Source of the DNA: an uncultured Alphaproteobacteria bacterium
Lineage (GTDB): Bacteria; Pseudomonadota; Alphaproteobacteria; MPNO01; DASWLB01
NCBI GenBank assembly: GCA_963826605.1
Contig: CAWGXN010000001.1
Span: 1,495,835 to 1,559,834 of the forward strand
DNA length: 64,000 nucleotides
Reading direction: 5' to 3'
Of the stretch, positions 11,993-21,476 are shown piece by piece. Under the pieces are notes generated by a model. That model searched no databases, was not told the DNA's origin, and saw only the letters and a program-made list of their open reading frames with translations. A program made the translations under genes and the position numbers. Positions within the stretch are counted from its first letter, which is position 1, and the number at the start of each line of letters is the position of its first letter.

Positions 11993-12778
11993 TTACAACG
12001 ATCCGCCGCGCGCGACCACCCCGCCATCCACGGTCATCATCGCGCCCGAGACGTAGGAGGCCCGGTCCGAGGCGAGGAATGCCACCAGCCCAGACACCTC
12101 ATCGGGCCGCGCCGGGCGGCCATAGGGATATTTCTCCGCCTGCCCGGCGAGCCACGCCTCGGCCCCTTCCGGCGCCTCGGCCGCGCGCACCGCGTGCAGC
12201 TTCTGCAAGCGCTCAGTCGCGACCGCGCCGGGATTGACGCCGCAGACGCGCACCCCGTGGCGGACGCTCTCCCCGCCGAGCGACACGGTGAACTGGATGA
12301 GCGCCCGGTTGTTCAGCCCGCCGCAGATATAGCCCGCGCTGGTCGAGATGCCGCCGGCGCCCACGATGTTGACGATCACGCCCCGGCCGCGTTCGCACAT
12401 CGCCTTGTAGACGATGCGGGTGAGCCCGACATAGGCGAACAGCTTGCCGTCCCAGGCGGCGCGCCACGTATCCTCGTCGACCGCGTCGATGCCGCCGCCG
12501 GGGATTGCGCCCGCATTGTTCACCAGTATGTCGACGCCAGCGCAATCCCGCGCCAGCGCGTCGCGCGCCGCCCGGTCCGCAAGGTCGACCGCGTGCGGCT
12601 TGACCTCGATGCCGTAGGCGTCGCCGAGGCGCCGCGCCGCCGCCGCCACCTCGTCGGGGGTGCGGGCGGCGAGGTGCAGATTCACGCCTTCCTTCGCCAG
12701 CTCCTCGGCGACGGCGTAGCCGATCCCCTTGGAGCCGCCGGTGACCAGCGCCGTCCGTCCGGCGAGCCCCAGCTCCAT
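11993..12778 (-). CDS. SDR family oxidoreductase (paralog 2, tandem duplicate)
   Basis: 'MELGLAGRTALVTGGSKGIGYAVAEEL'. About 75% identical to the adjacent SDR. Confidence 0.85.
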   Translation of the reverse strand: MELGLAGRTALVTGGSKGIGYAVAEELAKEGVNLHLAARTPDEVAAAARRLGDAYGIEVKPHAVDLADRAARDALARDCAGVDILVNNAGAIPGGGIDAVDEDTWRAAWDGKLFAYVGLTRIVYKAMCERGRGVIVNIVGAGGISTSAGYICGGLNNRALIQFTVSLGGESVRHGVRVCGVNPGAVATERLQKLHAVRAAEAPEGAEAWLAGQAEKYPYGRPARPDEVSGLVAFLASDRASYVSGAMMTVDGGVVARGGSL

Positions 12779-12780
12779 CT

Positions 12781-14190
12781 CTAGCGCTTCTTCCGCCCGC
12801 CGGCGGCGCGCGCGGCAAGCTCCTTCGCCGCCGCCTCCTCGACCACGGTGCCCTTGAAGAAGTCGGGGTTCGCGCCGGCATGCAGCGCGATGGCGTTGCC
12901 GAAGGTGAAGCCGCGGAAATCGTCCGGGCTCAGCAGCTCCTCCTCGACCAGCCCGTACGCCTCGGGCAGCACGTCGCGGATGTCGATCACGTCCCAATGG
13001 CCGATGTCCGAGCCCAGCATGGCGTTCAGCCGGATGCGGTAGGTGTTGAGCCGCGTGTCGAACGCGACCGCGTTCATCCGGTCGTCCGCCTCGCAGCCGA
13101 AGAAGAACCGGTCGCGGAACATGTCGCGGATGTCGCCCGGCCGGCGGATGCCCAATTCCTCCCATTCGTCGACCGCCCGGTTGTCCGGGCCGGGGATCGC
13201 CGAGGTGGGGTGGTGCGGGTTGGCGCGGATGCGCTCGGCGGTCAGGTAGTCGTTGCCGTACTTGCCGAACATGTCGCTCAGGAGATCGACGTCGACCTTC
13301 TCCGGGTCGAGATTCTCCATCAGCGTCTTGATGTTGCGCTTCTCCCAGTACTCGAACAGCGAGTTGTAGAGCGCGGCGCTCCAATGCACCCCGCCCTCGA
13401 GGAAGGCCCAGCGCAGCGCCGGGAAGCGGGTCGCGACGCCGCCGAAGATCAGCGCGCGGCAGAAGAAGTCGCCGCCCTGCGAGAACCCGCCGAGATGGTT
13501 GAAGATGTAGTTCGAGGGCGAGGCGCGCGAGGTGCCGACGCCCTGGTTCCGGTTGTGGCAGGCGACCGAGACCTTCAGGTCGACGCATTTCTGCCAGACC
13601 TTGTCGTAGGCGCGCCCGTCATCCATCGCGGGCGAGAGCATGCGGCCCTCGCGCCTTATCTCGGTGTTCACCGTCACCGTCTTGAGGCCCAGCGTGTTCA
13701 CCGCGTGGTCGAGCTCGTCCAGCGCCTCCTCGGGCGTGTGCATCGGGATCACCGCCGACGGCGTCAGCCGGTCCTTCACCGGGCCGAACATGTCGGCATA
13801 AAGGGCGTTGAGCGCGCGGTGGGCGGCGCGGCGCATCTCGGCGTCGGGAATGTGCATCGCGCCGAGCCCGTGGGTCGTGTAGACGACCGCGAAGTCGATG
13901 CCGGCATCGTCCAGCCGCTCGCGGTAGAGCCGGGGGAGCATGACGGTGGCGCGGTCGATCGTGTGCGGGCCGGAGGGCGAGTTCCACCACACCTGCTTGT
14001 AGGGCGGCTTGCGGCGCGAGCCCTTGACGAAGGCCTCGTACTTGGCCGCCATCTCCGGCCCGGCGACCTGGCGCACGAAGTCGAAGATCGCGAAATCGCA
14101 CTCCAGCACGTGCGCGTCGACGTCGACCACCGGGTGGTCGAGCCGCGCCCGCAATTCCGCCGCCGTCAAATTCTTCACGTCCGTCGCCAT
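12781..14190 (-). CDS. amidohydrolase-2 family (ACMSD-like metal-dependent hydrolase/decarboxylase)
   Basis: 469 aa from MATDVKNL (RBS GGGAG upstream). 'VVDVDAHV' His-x-His-like motif and TIM-barrel amidohydrolase_2 signature. Its stop abuts the SDR2 start. Confidence 0.75.
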   Translation of the reverse strand: MATDVKNLTAAELRARLDHPVVDVDAHVLECDFAIFDFVRQVAGPEMAAKYEAFVKGSRRKPPYKQVWWNSPSGPHTIDRATVMLPRLYRERLDDAGIDFAVVYTTHGLGAMHIPDAEMRRAAHRALNALYADMFGPVKDRLTPSAVIPMHTPEEALDELDHAVNTLGLKTVTVNTEIRREGRMLSPAMDDGRAYDKVWQKCVDLKVSVACHNRNQGVGTSRASPSNYIFNHLGGFSQGGDFFCRALIFGGVATRFPALRWAFLEGGVHWSAALYNSLFEYWEKRNIKTLMENLDPEKVDVDLLSDMFGKYGNDYLTAERIRANPHHPTSAIPGPDNRAVDEWEELGIRRPGDIRDMFRDRFFFGCEADDRMNAVAFDTRLNTYRIRLNAMLGSDIGHWDVIDIRDVLPEAYGLVEEELLSPDDFRGFTFGNAIALHAGANPDFFKGTVVEEAAAKELAARAAGGRKKR

Positions 14191-15098
14191 CTGCTCCCTC
14201 GCTTTCGTCGGCGGCATTTAACCGGGTTTCGCCGGACGGCGCGAGGGGTTTGCCTCAGCCCGGAAACCCAGCCAGCGCCCGAACCTCGGCGGGGGAGCGG
14301 CCTGCCGCACGCAAATCGGCGAGTGTCGCGGCCCGGTCGCGCTTGGCGAAGCGCCGCCCGGCCTCGTCGCGCAGCAGGTGGTGATGGTGATACTCGGGCA
14401 CCGGCAGGCCCAGCAGTGCCTGCAGCAGCCGGTGGATGTCGGTCGCCGGCACCAGATCCTCGCCGCGCGTGACCAGGGTCACGCCCTGCAACGCGTCGTC
14501 GACGGTCACCGCCAGGTGGTAGCTCGCCGGCGTGTCCTTGCGCGCCAGCACCACGTCGCCGAATGCCTCCGGATGCGCCGTCATCGTTCCTCGCGCCCGG
14601 TCGTGCCATTGGAGCGGGCCGGCCCGGGCGGTCCCCCGCGCCATGTCGAGCCGCAGAGCGAAGGGCGCGCCGGCAGCGATCCGCGCGGAACGCTCCGGCT
14701 CGGTCAGGTGGCGGCAGGTGCCCGGGTAGACCGGCCCGTCCGGCCCGTGCGGCGCGCCGCTGGCCCGCGCGATCTCGGCCTGGATGTCCGCCCGCGTGCA
14801 GAAGCACGGATAGACCAGCCCCATCGCCGCCAGACGATCGAGCGCGGCGCGGTAGTCGTCCATGTGCTCGCGACTGGCGGCGCACCGGCCGCTCCCAGTC
14901 GAGCCCGAGCCAGGCGAGGTCTTCCTCGATCGCCGCGACGAATCCGGGCCGCGACCGGCCCGCGTCGATGTCCTCGATGCGCAGCAGGAACCGCCCGCGC
15001 GCCGCCTGTGCGGCCCGCCAGGCGAACAAGGCCGAGTGGGCGTGGCCCAGATGCAACAGCCCCGTCGGGCTCGGCGCGAAGCGGGTGACGGTGACCAT
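14175..15098 (-). CDS. gluQ: glutamyl-Q tRNA(Asp) synthetase GluQRS (one frameshift near 14870)
   Basis: N-terminal 'TRFAPSPTGLLHLGHAHSALFAW' HIGH motif in one frame. C-terminal 'LVYPCFCTRADI...YHLAVTVDDALQGVTLVTRGEDL' in another. Confidence 0.8.
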   Translation of the reverse strand: MVTVTRFAPSPTGLLHLGHAHSALFAWRAAQAARGRFLLRIEDIDAGRSRPGFVAAIEEDLAWLGLDWERPVRRQSRAHGRLPRRARSSGGDGAGLSVLLHAGGHPGRDRAGQRRAARAGRAGLPGHLPPPDRAGAFRADRCRRALRSAARHGAGDRPGRPAPMARPGARNDDGASGGIRRRGAGAQGHAGELPPGGDRRRRVAGRDPGHARRGSGAGDRHPPAAAGTAGPAGARVSPSPPAARRGRAALRQARPGRDTRRFACGRPLPRRGSGAGWVSGLRQTPRAVRRNPVKCRRRKRGSRWRRT

Positions 15099-15115
15099 AG
15101 GGCAGTCTTATCACC

Positions 15116-15214
15116 GTCATCGCGAGGAGCGGAGCGACGAAGCGATCCTGGTCGGCCTCTGGATTGCTTCGCTTCGCCCGCAATGACGGGAATTGCCGAT
15201 GGGTCGTCATCGCG
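15116..15214. repeat. small palindromic intergenic element of the 'LRFARNDG' type, flanked by 9-bp direct repeat GTCATCGCG
   Basis: 'ggattgcttcgcttcgcccgcaatgacgg' with imperfect inverted partner 'gagcgacgaagcgatcc'. Its translation gives the spurious LRFARNDG peptide seen in ORF 15164..15910. Confidence 0.7.
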
Positions 15215-15245
15215 CTATCACCGGCCCTGGAACCGAAGGAGGCGC

Positions 15246-15910
15246 CGATGGCCACGCCCGACCCGCTCGCCGGACCCACCCTGCCGCCCGCGGCGGGGGG
15301 CGCGCCCCGCCAGCTCGTGGTGCTGCTGCACGGGTTCGGCGCCGATGGCAACGATCTCATCGGGCTCGCACCGTACTTCGCCCGCGCCGTGCCCGAGGCG
15401 GAGTTCCTGTCGCCGCACGCGCCCTACCCGTGCCGCGCGGCGGGGTTCGGCCGCCAATGGTTCGACGTCACCGACACCGACCCGGCCAACCGCCTGCCCG
15501 CGATCCGCCACGCGGCCGGGCTGATCGACGCCTTCCTCGACGCCGCGCTGGCCGAGCGCGGCCTGACCGACCGGAACTTGGCGCTGGTCGGGTTCAGCCA
15601 GGGCACGATGATGTCTCTGTTCGTGGCGCCGCGGCGGCTCCGCCCCTGCGCCGGGGTCGTCGGCTACTCGGGCCGGCTGGAATCGCCCGAGCTGCTGACC
15701 GACGAGCTCCGCGTGCGCCCGCCGATGCTGCTGATCCACGGCGACCAGGACGAGCTTCTGCCCGTGGGCCTGCTCGACGCGGCCGCCCAGGCGCTCACGG
15801 GAAACGGCATTCCGGTGGAGCACCATGTGCGGCCCGGCCTCGGCCATTCCATCGACGAGGAAGGGATCGCCCTGGCGGGCGCGTTCCTTCGCCGCACCCT
15901 GCTCGGCTAG
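15246..15910 (+). CDS. phospholipase/carboxylesterase family alpha/beta hydrolase
   Basis: 'LVVLLHGFGADGNDL', 'GFSQGTMMS' nucleophile elbow, 'LLIHGDQDELLP'. The N-terminal part of the predicted ORF is repeat-derived, so the start is set at MATPDPLAG. Confidence 0.8.
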
Positions 15911-15979
15911 GGCAGCGACGGGATTTTCGCCTCCCGCCGTGTAGGATTTGCGGCCTGGCGGCCAGCCACGGAGACATCC

Positions 15980-16588
15980 ATGAGCACCATCGCGCGCGAC
16001 GAGCCCGGCACGGGCCGGGTCTATGTCTGGGACCGGTTCGTCAGGCTGTTCCACTGGACGCTGGTCTGCGGCTTTTTCATCGCGTACTTCACCGAGGAAG
16101 ACCTGATGTCCCTGCATGCCTGGGCCGGCTACGTGGTAGGCGCCCTGGTGCTGGCGCGCGTCGTGTGGGGCTTCGTCGGGCCAGAGCGGGCGCGGTTCCG
16201 CAACTTCGTCACCGGCCCGGCCACGGCGGCGCGCTACGTCTTCGACCTGCTGCTGCTGCGATCCAGGCGCCATCTCGGCCATTCGCCGGGCGGCGGCGCG
16301 ATGGTCGTGCTGCTGCTGGTCTGCATCTTGACGATCGTCGGGCTCGGCATCGTGCTCTACGGCGCGCAGTGGCATGCGGGGCCGCTCGCCGGCTTCTTCC
16401 CGCCTGCGGCGCCTGGCGTGCGCGAGACCCACAACGCCTTCACCCGCTCGATCCGCCAGTGGCACGAGCTCGTCGCCAACTTGACCTTCATCCTGGTGTG
16501 CCTCCACGTCGCCGCGGTGGCATTCGCGAGCTTCGCCCACCACGAGAACCTGGTGCGGTCCATGATCACCGGGTTCAAGCGGAAATAG
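15980..16588 (+). CDS. cytochrome b561 family (Ni/Fe-hydrogenase b-type cytochrome-like, PF01292)
   Basis: 202 aa with four predicted TM helices. 'FVRLFHWTLVCGFF' and 'HNAFTRSIRQWHELVANLTFILVCLHVAAV' His ligand pattern. Confidence 0.75.
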   Translation: MSTIARDEPGTGRVYVWDRFVRLFHWTLVCGFFIAYFTEEDLMSLHAWAGYVVGALVLARVVWGFVGPERARFRNFVTGPATAARYVFDLLLLRSRRHLGHSPGGGAMVVLLLVCILTIVGLGIVLYGAQWHAGPLAGFFPPAAPGVRETHNAFTRSIRQWHELVANLTFILVCLHVAAVAFASFAHHENLVRSMITGFKRK

Positions 16589-16610
16589 CGCCTGACAGCG
16601 ATCTGTCCCG

Positions 16611-16714
16611 CTCGCCCTGAGGAGCCCGCGCAGCGGGCGTCTCGAAGGGCGAGCACAGCACGGTCTCGAAGTTTCGCCCTTCGAGACGCACCCTTCGGGC
16701 GCTCCTCAGGGCGA
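16611..16714. repeat. REP-like element pair (inverted copies of 'gccctgaggag-N13-gtctcgaagggcgag') between convergent genes
   Basis: Two inverted about 40-bp units at 16611-16650 and 16673-16712. A third single unit lies at 53945-53984. Confidence 0.75.
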
Positions 16715-16739
16715 ACGGAGAGGTGGAATTTGCTCCGTC

Positions 16740-17771
16740 TTATTTCTTCGCGAGCGCCGGCATCACGTCGGACGCGAACAGGTCGAGCGACCGCATCTCC
16801 TGCGCGTGGGTGAGGCAGCCGAAGGCGATCTGGCAGACCAGGTAGTTGAAGGGAATCTGCTCGGCCTGGGCCAGAAGTTCGGCCTTCACCGTCTTGGCCG
16901 AGCCCGCCACGATCACGCCGAGCCGGCGCGCCTCGTCGTAGCCCGGGATCATCATGCCGGTGATCGGCTGCGCGCCATGCGCCCGCCACAGCGCCGTGAC
17001 GCTGGCGAACCAGTAGTCGTAGGCCGGCCGGGCGAGCTTCTCCGCCGCCGCGTCGGACTCGGCGACCAGCACATGCCTCCCGACGCCCGCCAGCGGCTCC
17101 GACACGCGCGACCATTTGCGCTCCGGCGCGCCCTTCAGCTCGTCCCACGCCGCGAGATACGCCTTCAGCACGGTGGCAACGCGCTCGTTCGGGCCCAGCG
17201 TCACGAAATGCATGCCGTAGCGCGCGGCGAGGGTCGCGCCCCGCTCGTCCCCGCCGCCATACCACAGCGGCGGCACCGGCTTCTGCACCGGGTGCAGCTC
17301 CAGCGGCATGTCGGACACGCGGTACCATTTGCCCTCGTGCGAAAGCCGGTCCTGGCTCAGCCCCTTGAGCAGCACCTCCAGCCCTTCCTCGAACATCGGT
17401 CGCGTGTCGGCGGTCTGGATGCCGTACGAACCGACCTCGTAGGGCGAGATGCCGCGCCCCACCCCCATGTCGAGCCGGCCGTTCGACAAATTGTCGATCA
17501 TGCACACCTCCTCGATCAGCCGCACCGGGTGGTAGAGCGGCAGGAGGTAGACCATCGGGCCGAAGCGCAGCGTCTTGGTCTCGCGCGCCATGGCGGCGAG
17601 GAACAGGTTGGGCGACGGCGCCATGCCGAGCGGCGTCGCGTGGTGCTCGGCGATGTGGTAGCTGTAGAAGCCCGCCTTCTCCACCGCCGCGGCGAGCGCC
17701 AGCCGGTCGTCGTAGAACTTGGCGAGCGGCTCGTCCCGCCGGTCGAGATGGTCGAAAATGCCGAACTTCAC
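16740..17771 (-). CDS. LLM-class (luciferase-like) flavin-dependent oxidoreductase
   Basis: 343-aa intact ORF. 'MKFGIFDHL...YHIAEHH' typical LLM N-terminus. Confidence 0.8.
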   Translation of the reverse strand: MKFGIFDHLDRRDEPLAKFYDDRLALAAAVEKAGFYSYHIAEHHATPLGMAPSPNLFLAAMARETKTLRFGPMVYLLPLYHPVRLIEEVCMIDNLSNGRLDMGVGRGISPYEVGSYGIQTADTRPMFEEGLEVLLKGLSQDRLSHEGKWYRVSDMPLELHPVQKPVPPLWYGGGDERGATLAARYGMHFVTLGPNERVATVLKAYLAAWDELKGAPERKWSRVSEPLAGVGRHVLVAESDAAAEKLARPAYDYWFASVTALWRAHGAQPITGMMIPGYDEARRLGVIVAGSAKTVKAELLAQAEQIPFNYLVCQIAFGCLTHAQEMRSLDLFASDVMPALAKK

Positions 17772-17900
17772 GTCGTCCTCCCCGAATCCCTTGGCCCGCC
17801 CATTTCACCCTGTCGCGGAGGCCCGCGCAATGGCAACCCGGGCGGATGTGCTAGCGTGGCCCCGCCCTTCGACGAGCCCAGGGTGAGGCCAAAAGACAAT

Positions 17901-17932
17901 TCCTCATCCTGAGCCTGTCGAAGGATGAGGAG
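17901..17932. repeat. short hairpin repeat 'cctcatcctgagcctgtcgaaggatgagg' ('ILSLSKDEE'-type)
   Basis: Perfect 8-bp stem cctcatcc/ggatgagg with a 12-nt loop, in the leader of the FAD-oxidase gene. Confidence 0.6.
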
Positions 17933-17992
17933 TCGGGCTTGCCCCCACGGTCGGCGGGGATTTAAATCGCGGCGCAGAAGGGGAACGCACCG

Positions 17993-19430
17993 ATGAACGC
18001 CACCGCCGCCGCGACCGTCTCGCAATCCGTCCTCGACCGCATCGCCCAGGTGGTCGGGCCGCGCGGGATGATCACCGACCCTGCCGAGATCGCGCCCTAC
18101 ATGCTGGACGAGCGGCGCGAGTTCCCGCCCGGGCGCGCCGCCGCGGTGGTGCGGCCGGCCTCGACCGACGAGGTCGCGCGCGTCGTCGCCATCTGCAACG
18201 AGACCCGCACGCCGATCGTGCCGCAGGGCGGCAATACCGGCCTTACCGGCGCGTCGGTGCCGCATCCCGAGGGCGGCGAGATCGTCCTCAGCGTGAAGCG
18301 CATGAACCGGGTGCGCGACATCGACCCGCTGAACTACACCATCACGGTGGACGCGGGCGTCGTGCTCGCCGACGTGCAGAAGGCGGCCGCCGAGGCGGAC
18401 CGGCTGTTCCCGCTGTCGCTCGGCGGCGAGGGCACGGCGGTGATCGGCGGCAACGTCTCGACCAACGCGGGCGGCACCGGCGTGCTGCGCTACGGCAACG
18501 CGCGCGAGCTGGTGCTGGGGCTCGAGGTGGTGCTGCCCGACGGGCGCGTGTGGGACGGGCTCGGCCGGCTCCGCAAGGACAACACGGGCTACGACCTGAA
18601 GCAGCTTTTCATCGGGGCCGAGGGCACGCTGGGCATCGTCACCGCCTGCGTCCTCAAGCTCTATCCCAAGCCGCGCGACATCCAGACCGCCTTCGTCGCG
18701 GTGGAAGGCCCCCATGCCGCGCTCGAGCTGCTGGCGCTGGCCCGCGCCGCCTCGGACGACCGCGTGACCGGTTTCGAATGGATCCCGCGCCTGCCGCTCG
18801 ACTACGTGCTGATGAACATCCCCGGCACGCGCGACCCGCTGCCCGACCGCCACGACCACTACGTGCTGATGGAGCTCACCTCGGCTTGGGACGACGGGCC
18901 AGCTTCGGGCTTGCCTCGAGAACGTGCTGGCCGAAGGGATGGAGCGCGGCCTCGTCCGCGACGCGGCCATCGCCGAGAGCCGCGGCCAGGCGGCCGATTT
19001 CTGGAAGATCCGCGAGACGGTGCCCGAATCCCAGAAGCCGGAGGGGATCAGCATCCGCCACGACGTGGCCGTGCCCGTGTCGCAGGTGCCGGTCTTCCTC
19101 GAGCGCGCCAACGCCGCCGTATCCTCCGCCGTACCGGGCATCCGCATCTGCTCGTTCGGCCATCTCGGCGACGGCAACGTCCACTACAACCTGACCCAGC
19201 CCAAGGGCGCCGACGGCGCCGGCTACGCCGCCCGAAAGGACGAGATCAACCGGCTGGTCTACGACCAGGTCCTGGCGCTGGGCGGCTCGATCTCGGCCGA
19301 GCACGGGATCGGCCGGCAGAAGCGCCATCTGCTGCCCGAGGTGAAGCCCGCGCCGGCGATGGACCTTATGCGCCAGATCAAGCGGACGCTCGACCCCAAC
19401 AGCATCATGAACCCCGGAAAGCTTCTCTGA
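17993..19430 (+). CDS. FAD-linked oxidase (GlcD/D-lactate dehydrogenase family), one frameshift near 18900
   Basis: FAD-binding PCMH domain 'PIVPQGGNTGLTGASVP' and 'GAEGTLGIVT'. C-terminal 'GSISAEHGIGRQKRHLL' in the second frame. Confidence 0.8.
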
Positions 19431-19506
19431 CGCGCCTTTCCCTTCGTGTACCGTTCGGGCCTTGAACGCCGGATGTACCGTCGCGCGCGCGGCAACGGCA
19501 TTGCCC

Positions 19507-19646
19507 CTCGCCCTGTCCCTCTCCCAAGGGAGAGGGAACGCGGGGTTCATCCTTCCTTTTTCGCCTCCGCGAGCCGACCTTCGACAAGCACCAAGGCTGG
19601 CGCTTCAGGATCCCCTCTCCCTTGGGAGAGGGACAGGGTGAGGGGC
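19507..19646. repeat. composite palindromic repeat family A, copy 1 (between convergent genes)
   Basis: Terminal cores 'ccctgtccctctcccaagggagaggg' and 'cccctctcccttgggagagggacagggtgagggg'. Copies also at 29528-29675 and 33912-34063. Confidence 0.8.
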
Positions 19647-19680
19647 CGGATCTTGAACGGCTGATTGGGGCCGGCGCGGG

Positions 19681-20724
19681 CTATCCCGCCCTTGCCGGGC
19701 GGCCGTGCGCCTTGGCCAGCACGCCGCCGAGCCGCTTCATGCGGCGCACCCAGCGGCGGTAGGGCTTCGCCGACAGGAAATGCCGGCGGTTGGTGTAGGT
19801 CGCGAAGAAGCGCGACATGCGGGCGTAGTTGTCGGGATAGAGCCGCGTCGCCGCCGGGTCCTCCGCCGCCAGGCGGAACACCAGCCCTGTCGAACGCTCG
19901 TCCTGCGGGCCGACCAGCTCGAGCCCGGCGCGCGCCGCCATCATCACCAGGCTGGCGTGGTTGAAGTTGTGCAGATGGGCGAAGTGGAACCGGCCATAGG
20001 GGGTGCGGTCGGGGTTCTCGATGTTGGGCACCGAGACCTCCAGCAGCCCGCCGGGCTTCAGCCAGCTCCGCATGCGCCGAAGCGCCGCCAGCGGGTGGCG
20101 GAAATGCTCCACCGCGTGGTGGGTGGTCACGAAATCGACGCTGCCCGGCGGTATCTCGACGTCCTGCCAGCCGCCCTCGCGCATCGGCACGCCGTACTGG
20201 GCCCGCGCATAGGCGGCGAAGGCGGCGTTCGGCTCGACCCCCGAGGCGTCGAACCCCTCGCGGCGCAGCACCCAGACGGCCTCGCCGCTGGACGCGCCGA
20301 CATCGACTACCTTGGCGCCGGCCGGAATGAACGGCCGGAGTGCCCGCACCCGCGCCTCGGCGCCGCGCCGGGCCTTGTAGATGGCCTTGGCCGTGGGCGC
20401 GAAATCGTTGTGGTAGTACTTGCGATAGTGCAGCCGGTAGAACGCGTCCACCTCGGCCTCGGTCGGCATCGGATTGGTAAAGACCAGCCCACAGCCCCGG
20501 CACAGTACCGTGCGCAGCCGGTTGCCGTAACGGTCGCGCCGCCCGACCACTTCGTGGTCGGTGCCGTCGCACAGCTCGCAGGCCCGCGTCTCGCCGGCGA
20601 ACCGATATGGCGCCATGCGGGAGAAGACCGACCGCACTTCGCCCGGCAGAGACCGGACGAGGGCAAGCAACCCGCCGCTCGCCCTTCGCGCCGCCTCTGC
20701 CTCCTGCCCCTCGTTCCGGGCCAT
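19681..20724 (-). CDS. class I SAM-dependent methyltransferase with N-terminal Zn-ribbon
   Basis: 'CELCDG...CRGCGLVF' zinc ribbon. 'VVDVGASSGEAV' SAM motif I. 'LKPGGLLEVSVP' motif. Confidence 0.75.
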   Translation of the reverse strand: MARNEGQEAEAARRASGGLLALVRSLPGEVRSVFSRMAPYRFAGETRACELCDGTDHEVVGRRDRYGNRLRTVLCRGCGLVFTNPMPTEAEVDAFYRLHYRKYYHNDFAPTAKAIYKARRGAEARVRALRPFIPAGAKVVDVGASSGEAVWVLRREGFDASGVEPNAAFAAYARAQYGVPMREGGWQDVEIPPGSVDFVTTHHAVEHFRHPLAALRRMRSWLKPGGLLEVSVPNIENPDRTPYGRFHFAHLHNFNHASLVMMAARAGLELVGPQDERSTGLVFRLAAEDPAATRLYPDNYARMSRFFATYTNRRHFLSAKPYRRWVRRMKRLGGVLAKAHGRPARAG

Positions 20725-20984
20725 CCGCACCTCGCTTCGCCCCGCCGCCGGGGGCCGGATCGTGTCTAACGCCAAACCGCCGAGGCGACAAGTTCGCGAC
20801 GATTGCCGGCCGGTCGCGACACGCCCGCCGCAGCCGCCCGGAGCGGTTCAAAAATTCGCCTTCAACCCCCGATTTTCACTTGAAAATCCGGCCCGAATGC
20901 GTCACAACGCGCGTCTTTCGCGCAACCCCCTTAGACAAGCATTGAGGTCTTGATCGAGGACTACCTGAGGAGAACCCAATCGAA

Positions 20985-21476
20985 ATGGTTGCTCACGCTT
21001 CCGTGCCGACGAAGGTTTCGGCGGAGCCGGGACGCCCGGCTGTTCGGGTCGCAAACCCGACGAACCTGTCAGCTCTCGGTGAGAGCGAGGCGCGTTCCCC
21101 CAAGTTGGACTACTTCGTCGAGCGGGACGGGCACCTGTTCGCAGGTACACACCTCCTGATCGACTTCTGGAACGCCTCACGTCTGGACGACGTGGCGTAC
21201 ATGGAACAGGCGATGCGCAACGCGGTGGCCGCGGCGGGAGCGACGCTCCTGCACATCCACCTGCATCACTTCACGCCCTTTGGCGGCGTGTCGGGCGTGG
21301 CCGTCCTGGCGGAATCGCACATCAGCGTCCACACATGGCCGGAGCGCGGCTTCGCCGCGTTCGACGTGTTCATGTGCGGCGCGTGCGATCCGCACAAGGC
21401 CCTGCCGGTGCTGCGCGCGGCGTTCGCGCCTGAGACGATGGACGTGCGCGAGGAGAAGCGAGGGGCGGTTTATTGA
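20985..21476 (+). CDS. speH: S-adenosylmethionine decarboxylase proenzyme, pyruvoyl type (SpeH)
   Basis: 'AVLAESHISVHTWPE' self-cleavage site motif and 'LLIDFW'. The 45-aa N-terminal extension is uncertain. Confidence 0.8.
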   Translation: MVAHASVPTKVSAEPGRPAVRVANPTNLSALGESEARSPKLDYFVERDGHLFAGTHLLIDFWNASRLDDVAYMEQAMRNAVAAAGATLLHIHLHHFTPFGGVSGVAVLAESHISVHTWPERGFAAFDVFMCGACDPHKALPVLRAAFAPETMDVREEKRGAVY

